A stretch of 64,000 nt of DNA, from the NCBI GenBank assembly GCA_963826115.1, contig CAWGVS010000010.1, positions 384,001-448,000 of the forward strand, in the 5' to 3' direction. Made by a program: the position numbers and the translations under genes. This document shows, one piece after another, positions 47,413-56,663 of the stretch; position 1 is the stretch's first letter, and each line of letters opens with the position of its first letter. Source of the stretch: an uncultured Candidatus Rokubacteria bacterium. GTDB lineage: Bacteria > Methylomirabilota > Methylomirabilia > Rokubacteriales > DASRDR01. The notes under the pieces are model-generated. The model worked only from the letters and a program-made list of their open reading frames with translations. It made no database searches and had not been told where the DNA came from.

Positions 47413-49101
47413 ATGACGATCGGTCCGGGCGCGGCCGCGCCCGGGCGGGCCGTGCCCCGCCTCGCGCGCTTCCTGAACGCGAACCTGATCGGTCTCCTCG
47501 CGGCTGGGCTGTTCCTGCTGCTGGCGTTCTTCCTCCTCTACCCGATCGCCGCGGTCTTCGCGAAGTCGGTCCGGGGACCGGACGGCTTCACGCTCCAGTA
47601 CTACCGGGCCTTCTTCGGGAAGGGCTACTACTTCCGGTCGCTCTACAACACGCTCCTCCTCGGCGCCGTCAACACCGCGGTGTGCCTGACGGTCGGCTTC
47701 TGCCTCGCCTACATGACGACGCGCGGGCCCTGGCTCCTCCGGCGGCCCCTGAAGCTGATCGCGCTGGTCCCGCTGATCGCGCCGCCGTACCTCTTCGCGC
47801 TCTCGCTGATCATCCTCCTCGGTCGCAACGGGCTGATCACGCGGGCGCTCGACCTCAAGTGGCAGCTCTACGGCTTCGGCGGTGTCGCCCTGTCCCAGGC
47901 CCTGGCGTTCATCCCGCTGGCGTACCTGATGATCGAGAGCTCCCTCGTCTCGCTCGACCCCAACCTCGAGGAGAGCGCGTACGACATGGGGGCGTCCGAG
48001 GCCACCATCCTCCGCACGATCACGATCCCGCTCCTGGCCCCCGGGCTCCTCAAGGCCGCGCTCCTCATCTTCGTCATGACGATCGCCGAGTTCGGGAACG
48101 CCGCGATCCTCGGCGGGCGCACGCCCTTCCTGGCGCCCGACACCTACACGCTGATCACCGGCGAGTCCGACTTCAACATGGGGAGCGTCCTGTCCGTCGT
48201 GCTGATCGCGCCCTGCGTCGTGATCTTCATCCTGCACAGCCGGCTCCTCGAGGGGCGGAAGTACACGACGATCGGAGGGAAGCCCGTCGCCGCCCAGCCG
48301 AGGCGGATGAGCCCCCTGATCCGGGTGCCCTTCGTGACGATCGCGACCGGGGCCGCGGCGGCGATCTGCCTGTGCTTCGCGGTCGTGCTCGTCGCCTCGT
48401 TCTACAAGATCCTCGGGGTGACCACCCAGGCGACGCTGGCGAACTACCTGGACTTCACGTCGAACCGCGCGATCTACAACAGCATCCGCGTGAGCTTCGT
48501 GGCGGCGGTCATCGGCGCGTTCGTGGGCGTGCTCCTCGCCTACGTCATCGTGCGGGGGCGCTTTCCCGGCCGGTCCGTCATCGAGGCGGTGTCCCTGTCC
48601 GGGTTCGCGCTCCCGGGAACCGTCCTCGGCATCGGGTACCTCCTCGCCTTCAGCGCGCCGCCGCTCAAGCTCACCGGCGGGATCATGATCCTGGCGCTCA
48701 ACTGCGTGTTCCGCTTCCTCGCGGTGGGCGTCGAGGCGGGGGTCAGCAAGCTCCACCAGATCCACGTCGAGATCGAGGAGGCGTCGACGGACCTCGGCGC
48801 CGGCTCCCTGACCACGTTCTTCCGCATCGTCCTGCCCATCATGTTCCCGGCCTTCGTCGCGGGCTTCATCTACACGTTCATGACCGCCATCGTGTCGCTG
48901 AGCGCGATCGTGTTCCTGGTCAGCCCCGGCTTCGAGCTGGCCGCGGTCCGGATCTTCGACGCCGCGGTCTACGGGGAGATCGGCATCGCCGCGGCGACGA
49001 CGATGAAGCTGGTCCTGACCGTCCTCCTCTGCATGATCGCGCTGGGCTACGTGTCGCGAAAGGCGCGGATCGGCGCGGGCGTGACCCGGACCGCGGCATG
49101 A
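47413..49101 (+). CDS. FbpB-type double-domain ABC permease
   Basis: About 12 TM segments with two EAA loops (LEESAYDMGA, IEEASTDLGA). Confidence 0.9.
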   Translation: MTIGPGAAAPGRAVPRLARFLNANLIGLLAAGLFLLLAFFLLYPIAAVFAKSVRGPDGFTLQYYRAFFGKGYYFRSLYNTLLLGAVNTAVCLTVGFCLAYMTTRGPWLLRRPLKLIALVPLIAPPYLFALSLIILLGRNGLITRALDLKWQLYGFGGVALSQALAFIPLAYLMIESSLVSLDPNLEESAYDMGASEATILRTITIPLLAPGLLKAALLIFVMTIAEFGNAAILGGRTPFLAPDTYTLITGESDFNMGSVLSVVLIAPCVVIFILHSRLLEGRKYTTIGGKPVAAQPRRMSPLIRVPFVTIATGAAAAICLCFAVVLVASFYKILGVTTQATLANYLDFTSNRAIYNSIRVSFVAAVIGAFVGVLLAYVIVRGRFPGRSVIEAVSLSGFALPGTVLGIGYLLAFSAPPLKLTGGIMILALNCVFRFLAVGVEAGVSKLHQIHVEIEEASTDLGAGSLTTFFRIVLPIMFPAFVAGFIYTFMTAIVSLSAIVFLVSPGFELAAVRIFDAAVYGEIGIAAATTMKLVLTVLLCMIALGYVSRKARIGAGVTRTAA

Positions 49102-50226
49102 CGGCATCCACCCCGGCCGCCACTCCGGACGCGGACACCGGACGCCCCATGCTCGCCCTCCGGGACGTGCGGAAGTTCTACGGCCGCCACGAGGTCATCA
49201 AGGGCGTGTCGCTCGAGGTGAAGCGGGGCGAGCTCGTGACCTTCGTCGGGCCCAGCGGGTGCGGGAAGACGACGCTCCTCCGGCTGATCGGCGGCTTCAC
49301 CGACGTCTCGTCGGGCGACATCGTCCTCGACGGCCAGCGCGTGAACGACCTGCCGCCGAACCTCCGGGACACCCGGATCTGCTTCCAGAATTACGCGCTG
49401 TTCCCCCACATGACGGTGGCGGGCAACATCGGCTACGCGCTCCGGATCCACGGCTGGTCCCGGAAGGCGATCGCCGACCGGGTGACGGAGCTCCTCGAGA
49501 TGGTCGAGCTCGCGGGCTACGGGGACCGCATGATCGACAAGCTCTCGGGCGGCCAGCAGCAGCGGGTCGCCTTCGCGCGGGCGCTGAGCCTCGAGCCCAA
49601 GGTGCTCCTCCTCGACGAGCCGCTCTCGAACCTCGACGCCAACCTCCGGCTCGTGATGCGCGAGGAGATCCGGAAGCTCCAGGGCCGGCTCGGGATCACG
49701 ACCGTGCTCGTGACCCACGACCAGTTCGAGGCGATGGCGATCTCCGACCGCCTCGCGGTGATGCGGGACGGGGTCGTCGAGCAGGTCGGAAGCCCGATCG
49801 AGATCTACGAGCGACCCGCGACGGAGTTCGTCGCGGGCTTCGTCGGCTACGTGAACTTCCTGGAGGGCCGGCTCGCGGCGGTCGACGAGACGCGCGGGGC
49901 GGCCGTCGTCGAGACCGCCCACGGGGCGATCGACGTGGCGCTCGAGCAGCCGGGGCTCGCGCCCGGGCGATGACGTCCTGATGGTCATCCGACCGGAGAG
50001 CGTCGGGCTGTCGCTCGACTGCGAGTCGCCGCGGCGGAACGTGCTCGTCGGCACCCTCGAGACGTACATGTACGCGGGGTCCCTGGCGAAGTGCACCGTG
50101 GCGATCGGCGGCCGCACCATGATCGTCGACCAGTACAACCCGCGGGACGCGCGCCACTTCAAGGATGCGCGCCGGGTCGCGGTCGAGATTCCGCGGAGCG
50201 TCCACCTCCTGAAGCGGTCGCGGTAG
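49098..50226 (+). CDS. ABC ATPase (PotA/FbpC-like), +1 frameshift at ~49965 before the TOBE domain
   Basis: GPSGCGKTT, LSGGQQQR, LLDEPLSNLD, VTHDQ; continues as VIRPE in ORF 49981. Confidence 0.88.
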
Positions 50227-50233
50227 GCGCGAT

Positions 50234-50560
50234 TCAGGCCCGGTCCACGAGGACGAACACGCACCCCGTCTCCGAGTGAACGTCCTCGTCGACGCTGCCG
50301 GCGGCGGCGACGCTCGCCCAGCCGGGTCCGAGGCGCCGGCCGTTCTGGACGAGCTCGCCCTCGAGGACGAAGAGGAACTCCGGCCGCTCGTGGGCGTGGA
50401 TCGGGAACCGGGCTCCGGGCTCGAAGCGCACCACCTGCATCTCCCAGCCGTCGGTGACGGCGACGTCCTTCACGTGGACTCCGGTGGCGAACGTCGACGG
50501 CCGCCAGGGAAGGCGGTCCGTGTCGACGGTCCGGACGGCCCCACGCGCGAGCTGGCTCAT
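50234..50560 (-). CDS. small cupin (ChrR-like)
   Basis: F.PGARFP.HAHE.PE..FVLEG; GAGGAGG RBS. Confidence 0.8.
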   Translation of the reverse strand: MSQLARGAVRTVDTDRLPWRPSTFATGVHVKDVAVTDGWEMQVVRFEPGARFPIHAHERPEFLFVLEGELVQNGRRLGPGWASVAAAGSVDEDVHSETGCVFVLVDRA

Positions 50561-50760
50561 CGGGGTCGCCTCCTCGCCCGCGATGACATCCGCCCTCTCG
50601 GACGGACCGCTCAGGCTGCCTCGTACGACCAAAGTCGTATGGACCACCCCGATCCCGGGACCGATACTGAGGCCGCCTGGGGTATCGCTCGAGAGTGGGC
50701 AGCCAGGTGTACGTTGAAGGTTCCACCGCCCGGCGTGACGGGGGTGAAGGGAGACGAGAG

Positions 50761-53218
50761 ATGGATGACCCCGTGATGAGGCCGAGCGAGCCGCGCCTGC
50801 CCGTGACGCGTCCGGAGCCGCCCGCGGTCGGGCTGATGAGCCGACGAGCGGCGCTGGGCGGGCTGATCGTCCTCGCGTGGGAGGCGCGGGCGCTGGCCCA
50901 GACCCCGCCGGGGGGCGCGAGCCCGCCGATGTCCGCCGCGGACGCCCTGGCGGCGCGCGGCGCGCCGACCCCGGCGGACTGGCCCCGGGTGGTGAAGACG
51001 GGCGACACCACGATCGAGTACTACCTGCCCCAGCTCGACTCCTGGGACGGCCGCCGCCTCGAGACGCACAGCGCGGTCAGCATCCAGACCTCGGCGAAGG
51101 CGCCGCCCGTGTTCGGCGTCGCCGTCGTCGTGGCCGACACCCAGGTGGACAAGGGCGCGCGCCAGGTGACCCTCGAGAACGTCCGGATCGAGAAGGTGAC
51201 GTTCCCCTCGGCGACGGCCCAGGAGGCGGCCTACCAGAAGCTCCTGCAGCAGAGCATCCCCGCCAAGGTCCGCACGATCGAGCTGGACCGGCTGGAGACC
51301 GCGCTGTCGATGAGCGAGCAGAAGGAGAAGGGCGAGTCGAAGCCCCTCAAGAACGACCCGCCGAAGATCGTGTTCTCGACGACGCCGGCCATCCTCGTCC
51401 TGATCGATGGCGCGCCGGTGTACCGGCCGGTCCCGGGGAGCACCAGCTACACGCGGGTCGTGAACACGCGTCCGCTCATCCTGAAGGACACGGGCGGGAA
51501 GCACTTCCTCCGGCTCTTTGACGGGTGGATGACCGCCACCGCCTTCACGGGACCATGGACCGTCGCCCCCACCGTGCCCGGGGGCGAGCTCGACAAGCTG
51601 GTCCAGAATCTGTCGAAGACGCAGTCCCTGGACCTCCTCGACTTCGTGGACCCGAAGGACCCGAAGAGCCGGCCGACCCTGGCGAAGGGCCCGGTCCCCA
51701 CGGTCGTGGTGGCGACCGAGCCCACCGAGCTGATCGTGACGCAGGGGGAGCCGAACTACTCGCCCATCGACGGCACCCAGCTCCTCTACGCGTCGAACAC
51801 GACCGGCCACGTCTTCAAGCACCTCGGCGACCAGCGGACCTACGTGCTGGTGACCGGGCGCTGGTTCCGCGCGGAGGCGCTTGCGGGTCCGTGGACGTTC
51901 GTTCCCGGCAAGGACCTCCCGCCGGACTTCGCGAAGATCCCCGACGAGAGCCCGAAGGAGAACGTGAAGGCGTCGGTGCCCGGCACTCCGCAGGCCGGAG
52001 AGGCCGTGATCGCGAACAGCCTGCCCGAGACGGCGGCGATCAAGATCAGCGAGGCGAAGCTTCCGGTGCCGAAGTACGACGGACCGCCCCAGCTCAAGCC
52101 GATCGAGGGCACGCCGCTGTCCTACGTCGTGAACAGCCCGCTGCCGGTGATCCACGTCCCGCCGGACCAGTACTACGCCCTCCAGAACGGGGTCTGGTTC
52201 GTCGCCCCGTCGCCCCAGGGACCGTGGAAGGTCGCGACCACCGTGCCCCCGGTCATCTACTCGATCCCGCCGAGCTCGCCGCTGCACTACGTCACCTACG
52301 TCTACGTGTACCGGGCGACGCCCCAGGTGGTGTACGTCGGCTACACGCCGGGGTACTACAGCGTCTACGTGTCCGACGGCGTCGTGGTCTACGGCACCGG
52401 CTACTCGTACGTGTCGTGGGACGGCACCGTCTGGTACGGCACGCCGGTCACCTACGGGTTCGCGACCGCTCCGACCTACACGCCGTGGACCGGCTGGGTC
52501 ATGGGCTTCGGCTTCGGGCTCGCGTTCGGTGCCGCGACGGCCGGCTGGGGCTGGGGCTCCTACCCCTGGTGGGGTCCCTATCACTATGGTTACGGCTCCG
52601 GCCGGGCCGTCGGGCCGTACGGCGCCGCGGCGTGGGGTCCCGGTGGCTGGGCCGCGACCACCGGGAACGTCTACAGCCGGTGGGGCGACACCGCTGCGGT
52701 CACCCGCCACTCGGCGGGCTACAACGCGTGGACGGGGAACGCATGGGCGGGCGGCGCGGGGATGTCCTACAACTCGCGGACCGGCACCGTCGCGGCCGGC
52801 CAGCGGGGCGTCGTCAGCAACGCCTACACCGGCAACTACGCCTACGGGGGGCGCGGCGCCGCGGTGAACCCGAACACGGGGCAAGCGGTGTCGGCGCGGA
52901 CGCGTGACGGCGGGGAACGCCTACTCCGGCCAGGCCGGCTCGGCCGGCTACGTCCGGGGGGAGCAGGGCGGTGTGGCCCGAGTCGGCAACGACGTCTACG
53001 CCACCCGCGACGGCTCGGTCTACCGCAACACGGGCAGCGGCTGGCAGCAGAACAGCGGCAGCGGCTGGGGCAACGTGAGCGAGCCGGCGCGCACGCAGTC
53101 GCTCAACAACGAGGCCCAGGCCCGCTCGAGCGGCCAGACCCGCGTCAACAACTACCAGGCATCGGGCGGATACCGCGGCGGGGGCGGCGCTCGCGGGGGC
53201 GGCGGCCGACGGCGGTAA
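50761..53218 (+). CDS. large exported protein with Tyr/Gly/Trp-rich C-terminus, +1 frameshift at ~52895
   Basis: Twin-arginine-like signal (SRRAALGG); Y.L.TGRWFR....GPW repeats; YVGYTPGY; ends RGGGGRRR in ORF 52904. Confidence 0.75.
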
Positions 53219-53382
53219 CGCGCGTCGGCGCCGGCGCGTCGTTCGACCGCGGCGACGGCTCGATGGTACGCCATGGGGCGTTTGCCCCGTCGCGCCGCGG
53301 CCGTGACTCGATCGCGGGGAGTCACACAACCAGCGGGCAATGGTCCCGGCGAGGAGACCGGCCCGGGACAGGGGAAATCGCG

Positions 53383-53839
53383 ATGGGACGGATCGTCGGA
53401 GTCCTGGCGCTCCTCGCAGCCTATCGGCCGGATGCGCGACGCCGGGCGGGATCCCGATGCCGCAGGCCGACGTGGACGCGGTCAACCAGGCCGTCGAGGC
53501 GCACCGGGCGGCGTTCAACGCGCGCAACCTCGACGCGCTGCTCCTGGGCATCGCGGACGACGCCAGGGTCGTGTCGCTGCCCGCGTTCGGCACCGGACGC
53601 GGAGCGGGCGACGGCCAGGTGACGAAGGTCCAGTACCGGGAGGACATGACGGCCCTGATGGCGCGCGGCGACGGACGCTGCTCGAGCACGCCCGGTGGAC
53701 CGTGGAGTTCGCGGATGCGACCCACGCGACGGCCAAGGGGCAGGGCCAGCTCGGCGAGAGCCGCGGCGACTTCCAGTACAAGCTCGAGAAACGGCAGGGC
53801 CGCTGGGTGATCGTCGAGTCCACGGTGAAGCGGAAGTAG
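53383..53839 (+). pseudogene. NTF2/SnoaL-like lipoprotein broken by two frameshifts
   Basis: Signal plus GCAT lipobox, AFNARNLDALL, and KRQGRWVI lie in three different frames. Confidence 0.55.
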
Positions 53840-53920
53840 TGAAGCGCATGAAGCAGGCGTGGCGCGCGGATCGTGCGACGCTCCGCGGGCGTGATCTCGA
53901 CGCTGATGAAGGAGAACGCA

Positions 53921-54370
53921 ATGCACTCGCGAGAAAACCGCAATCGCGCGACCGACTGGGCGAGACGACTCGGGGCCTTCGTGCTGGCCGCCGGCCTGCT
54001 GCGCCGGGGCCATGAGGGCCCGGGCGGCGGACGACGTCCAGGACGCAAACCAGCTCGCCGAGAAGGCCAAGCTGAGCGTCGAGGAGTTCCAGAAGGACCC
54101 GAACATGGAGAGCTTCCGCGAGCTCGCCAAGAAGGCCCACGGGATGCTCATCATGCCCCAGATGGTCCGGGGCGCGTTCATCATCGGGGCGTCTGGCGGC
54201 AGCGGCGTCATGGTCGCGCGGGACGCGCCCGGCGGGCAGTGGAAGGGTCCGGCCTTCTACACGCTCGGCGGGGCGAGCTTCGGGTTCCAGGCCGCGCCGA
54301 CGTGGCCGAAGTGATCATCCTGGCGTATGGAGTGAGGCCGCGGGAGGCACCCATGAGGAGAACGTTATGA
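53921..54370 (+). pseudogene. Ysc84/SYLF lipid-binding domain protein, frameshifted and 3'-truncated
   Basis: A.G..I.P....GAFIIG.SGG.GV, W.GPAFY..GG.SFGFQA; AAGGAG RBS. Confidence 0.7.
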
Positions 54371-55446
54371 GATCAGGCGCTACTGCGCCGAACGATAAGC
54401 GAGACAGACTGACTGCGCCCCGCGCCCCGGGCGGTCGACGAGTCGGGCGGCCGCGCGGCGCCGCGCTCGCGATGGGCGTCGTGGCGGCCGTCCTCCTCGG
54501 CGCGTGGCTTCCCGCTCCCGCCCAGACGGACCCCCTGCCGTCGTGGAACGACGGGCCGGTGAGGCAGGCCATCGTGAAGTTTGTCGAGGCCGTCACGACC
54601 CAGGGTGGACCGCAGTTCGTCGCGCCCGAGGCGCGCATCGCGGTCTTCGACAACGACGGGACCCTCTGGAGCGAGCAGCCGATGTACTTCCAGGGCTTCT
54701 TCGCGTTCGACCGGGTCAAGGCGCTCGCGCCCAAGCACCCGGAATGGAAGACGAAGCAGCCGTTCAAGGGCATTCTCGAGAACGACATGAAGGCGGTGGC
54801 GGCGGCGGGAGAGAAGGGGCTCGGCGAGGTGATCGCGGCCACGCACTCGGGGATGACGACCGACGAGTTCGCGCGGACGGTCACGGAGTGGCTCGGGCAG
54901 GCGAAGCACCCCAAGCTCCAGCGGCCGTACACGGACCTCGTGTACCAGCCCATGCTCGAGCTGCTGGCGTATCTCCGCGCCAACGGCTTCAAGACCTTCA
55001 TCGTCTCCGGCGGCGGCGTCGAGTTCATGCGCGTGTTCACCGAGCAGGTGTACGGCATCCCGCCCGAGCAGGTCGTCGGGAGCGTGGGCGAGACGAAGCT
55101 CGAGCTGCGGAACGGCAAGCCCGTGCTGGTGAAGCTGCCCAAGATCAACCTGGTCGACGACAAGGCCGGGAAGCCGGTCGGCATCAACCGGTTCATCGGG
55201 CGGCGGCCCATCCTGGCCTTCGGCAACTCCGACGGCGACCAGCAGATGCTGGAGTGGACCGCCGCCGGAGACGGCGCGCGCTTCATGGGCATCGTCCGCC
55301 ACACGGACGCCGCGCGGGAGTGGGCCTACGACCGGCAGTCCTCCATCGGGCGGCTCGACAAGGCGCTGGACGAAGCGACCCAGAAGGGCTGGACGGTGGT
55401 CGACATGAAGCAGGACTGGAAGGTCATCTACCCCTTCCAGCGATGA
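54367..55446 (+). CDS. exported HAD-family phosphatase (start uncertain)
   Basis: DPLPSWNDG, FDNDGTLW.EQP, IVSGGG, GNSDGD. Confidence 0.9.
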   Translation: MRSGATAPNDKRDRLTAPRAPGGRRVGRPRGAALAMGVVAAVLLGAWLPAPAQTDPLPSWNDGPVRQAIVKFVEAVTTQGGPQFVAPEARIAVFDNDGTLWSEQPMYFQGFFAFDRVKALAPKHPEWKTKQPFKGILENDMKAVAAAGEKGLGEVIAATHSGMTTDEFARTVTEWLGQAKHPKLQRPYTDLVYQPMLELLAYLRANGFKTFIVSGGGVEFMRVFTEQVYGIPPEQVVGSVGETKLELRNGKPVLVKLPKINLVDDKAGKPVGINRFIGRRPILAFGNSDGDQQMLEWTAAGDGARFMGIVRHTDAAREWAYDRQSSIGRLDKALDEATQKGWTVVDMKQDWKVIYPFQR

Positions 55447-55563
55447 CCAGCCCCATCGTCCGGAGGGTCGCAGCGATCGCCGGGCTCGCGGTCGCCGTGG
55501 CCGCGGGCGACGTCCGGGCCGGCGTCATGTAACCTGGTAGTGATCGTGGCGCTGAGCGAAGCG

Positions 55564-55956
55564 CTAGCGAGGCGCGCCCGCCGCGGGCTTCAGCACGAGG
55601 AAGTCGGCCACGCCGATCAGGCGCAGGATGAGGCGGACGGGCCAGGGCACCATCCGCCGGGACGGGTCGTGGACCACCTCGGGGTGGACCAGGCGGACGT
55701 GCCGGCCGCGCGTCTCCACGACGCATGCGCCGGCCGCCAGGACGTTCTTCACCCACTCGCTGTCGCGCCCGTAGGTCAATGCGATCGCGTAGCCCAGGCC
55801 CTGCGCAAAGATGTTCACCGGCGTGCGCCGCACCCGGCCGCTCGTCCGGCCGACGTGGGTCACCATGGCGAAGCCGGGCGCCCACCACGCGATGTGCCGC
55901 AGGATGGGATTGGTCAGGATCAGGTTGAGTCGGGCGACGGCCCTGGGAATCGGCAT
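55564..55956 (-). CDS. deazaflavin (F420)-dependent nitroreductase family protein
   Basis: H.GR.SGR.RRTPV, YG..S.WVKNVLA.G. Confidence 0.8.
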   Translation of the reverse strand: MPIPRAVARLNLILTNPILRHIAWWAPGFAMVTHVGRTSGRVRRTPVNIFAQGLGYAIALTYGRDSEWVKNVLAAGACVVETRGRHVRLVHPEVVHDPSRRMVPWPVRLILRLIGVADFLVLKPAAGAPR

Positions 55957-56055
55957 CGCAGCTCCAAGGTACGCCGGCTCGGCGGCTCGCCGCGAGCGCT
56001 CGAGGCGCTGTGATATGGTGAGGCGGGCGCACGTCAGGACGCCCGGGAAGAGGCC

Positions 56056-56415
56056 ATGGTGGCGGAGCGCTTCATCATGAACGCCGGTCGGACGACCAAG
56101 CAGGGGCAGCAGGTCAACGCCGGCAAGGACTCCCCGGAGTATCGGGCGATCGTGAGCACCCTGACCATGCACCCCGAGGACATGCGGACGGTCGGCGTCG
56201 CCGCCGGCGGCTCCGTCCGGGTGCGCACGCCCCACGGCGAGGCGGTCTTCCAGTGCGTCGAGGGGAAGGTCCCCGCGGGGATGATCTTCGTCCCCTACGG
56301 CCCGCCCACCTGCCGGCTGATGGGCGGCGAGACCGACGGGACCGGCATGCCGACGTCCAAGGGCTGGGAGGTCGAGGTCGAGGCCATCGGGCCCGACGGC
56401 CCGGCCTCGGCGTAG
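56056..56415 (+). CDS. fwdD: formylmethanofuran dehydrogenase subunit D (molybdopterin dinucleotide-binding)
   Basis: GRT..QG...GK.S.EY, M.PEDM, G..V.V....G, G.IF.PYGP, T.GTGMP..KG. Confidence 0.88.
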   Translation: MVAERFIMNAGRTTKQGQQVNAGKDSPEYRAIVSTLTMHPEDMRTVGVAAGGSVRVRTPHGEAVFQCVEGKVPAGMIFVPYGPPTCRLMGGETDGTGMPTSKGWEVEVEAIGPDGPASA

Positions 56416-56448
56416 ACCGTCTCGCGACGCGGGATCGGGGAGCGCACG

Positions 56449-56607
56449 ATGGCAGAGCGGTTCGAAGAAACAAGGATGGGGGAGCGGGACGCCGCGCGGC
56501 CCGACGCTCCGGCCGGCGGCCACACCCCGGCCTGGGAGCTGGTCGAGCCCGGGCGCTACCGACCCCTCCGGATCCGGGGGAGCTTCCCCGGCCGCGAGCT
56601 CGGCTGA
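56449..56607 (+). CDS. possible 52-aa small protein inside the fwd operon
   Basis: ATG with GGGGAG RBS; MAERFEETRMGERD...WELVEPGRYRPLRIRGSFPGRELG*. Confidence 0.35.
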   Translation: MAERFEETRMGERDAARPDAPAGGHTPAWELVEPGRYRPLRIRGSFPGRELG

Positions 56608-56663
56608 ACGTTCGCGGTGCCGCCCGGTCCGGGGCGGCCAGACGAGGCGGAAGCGGGAGACCG

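Noticed and set aside
56416-56663. tRNA-Sec or Moco riboswitch
   Set aside because: No UCA anticodon arm or cloverleaf found, and no riboswitch consensus recognisable by eye
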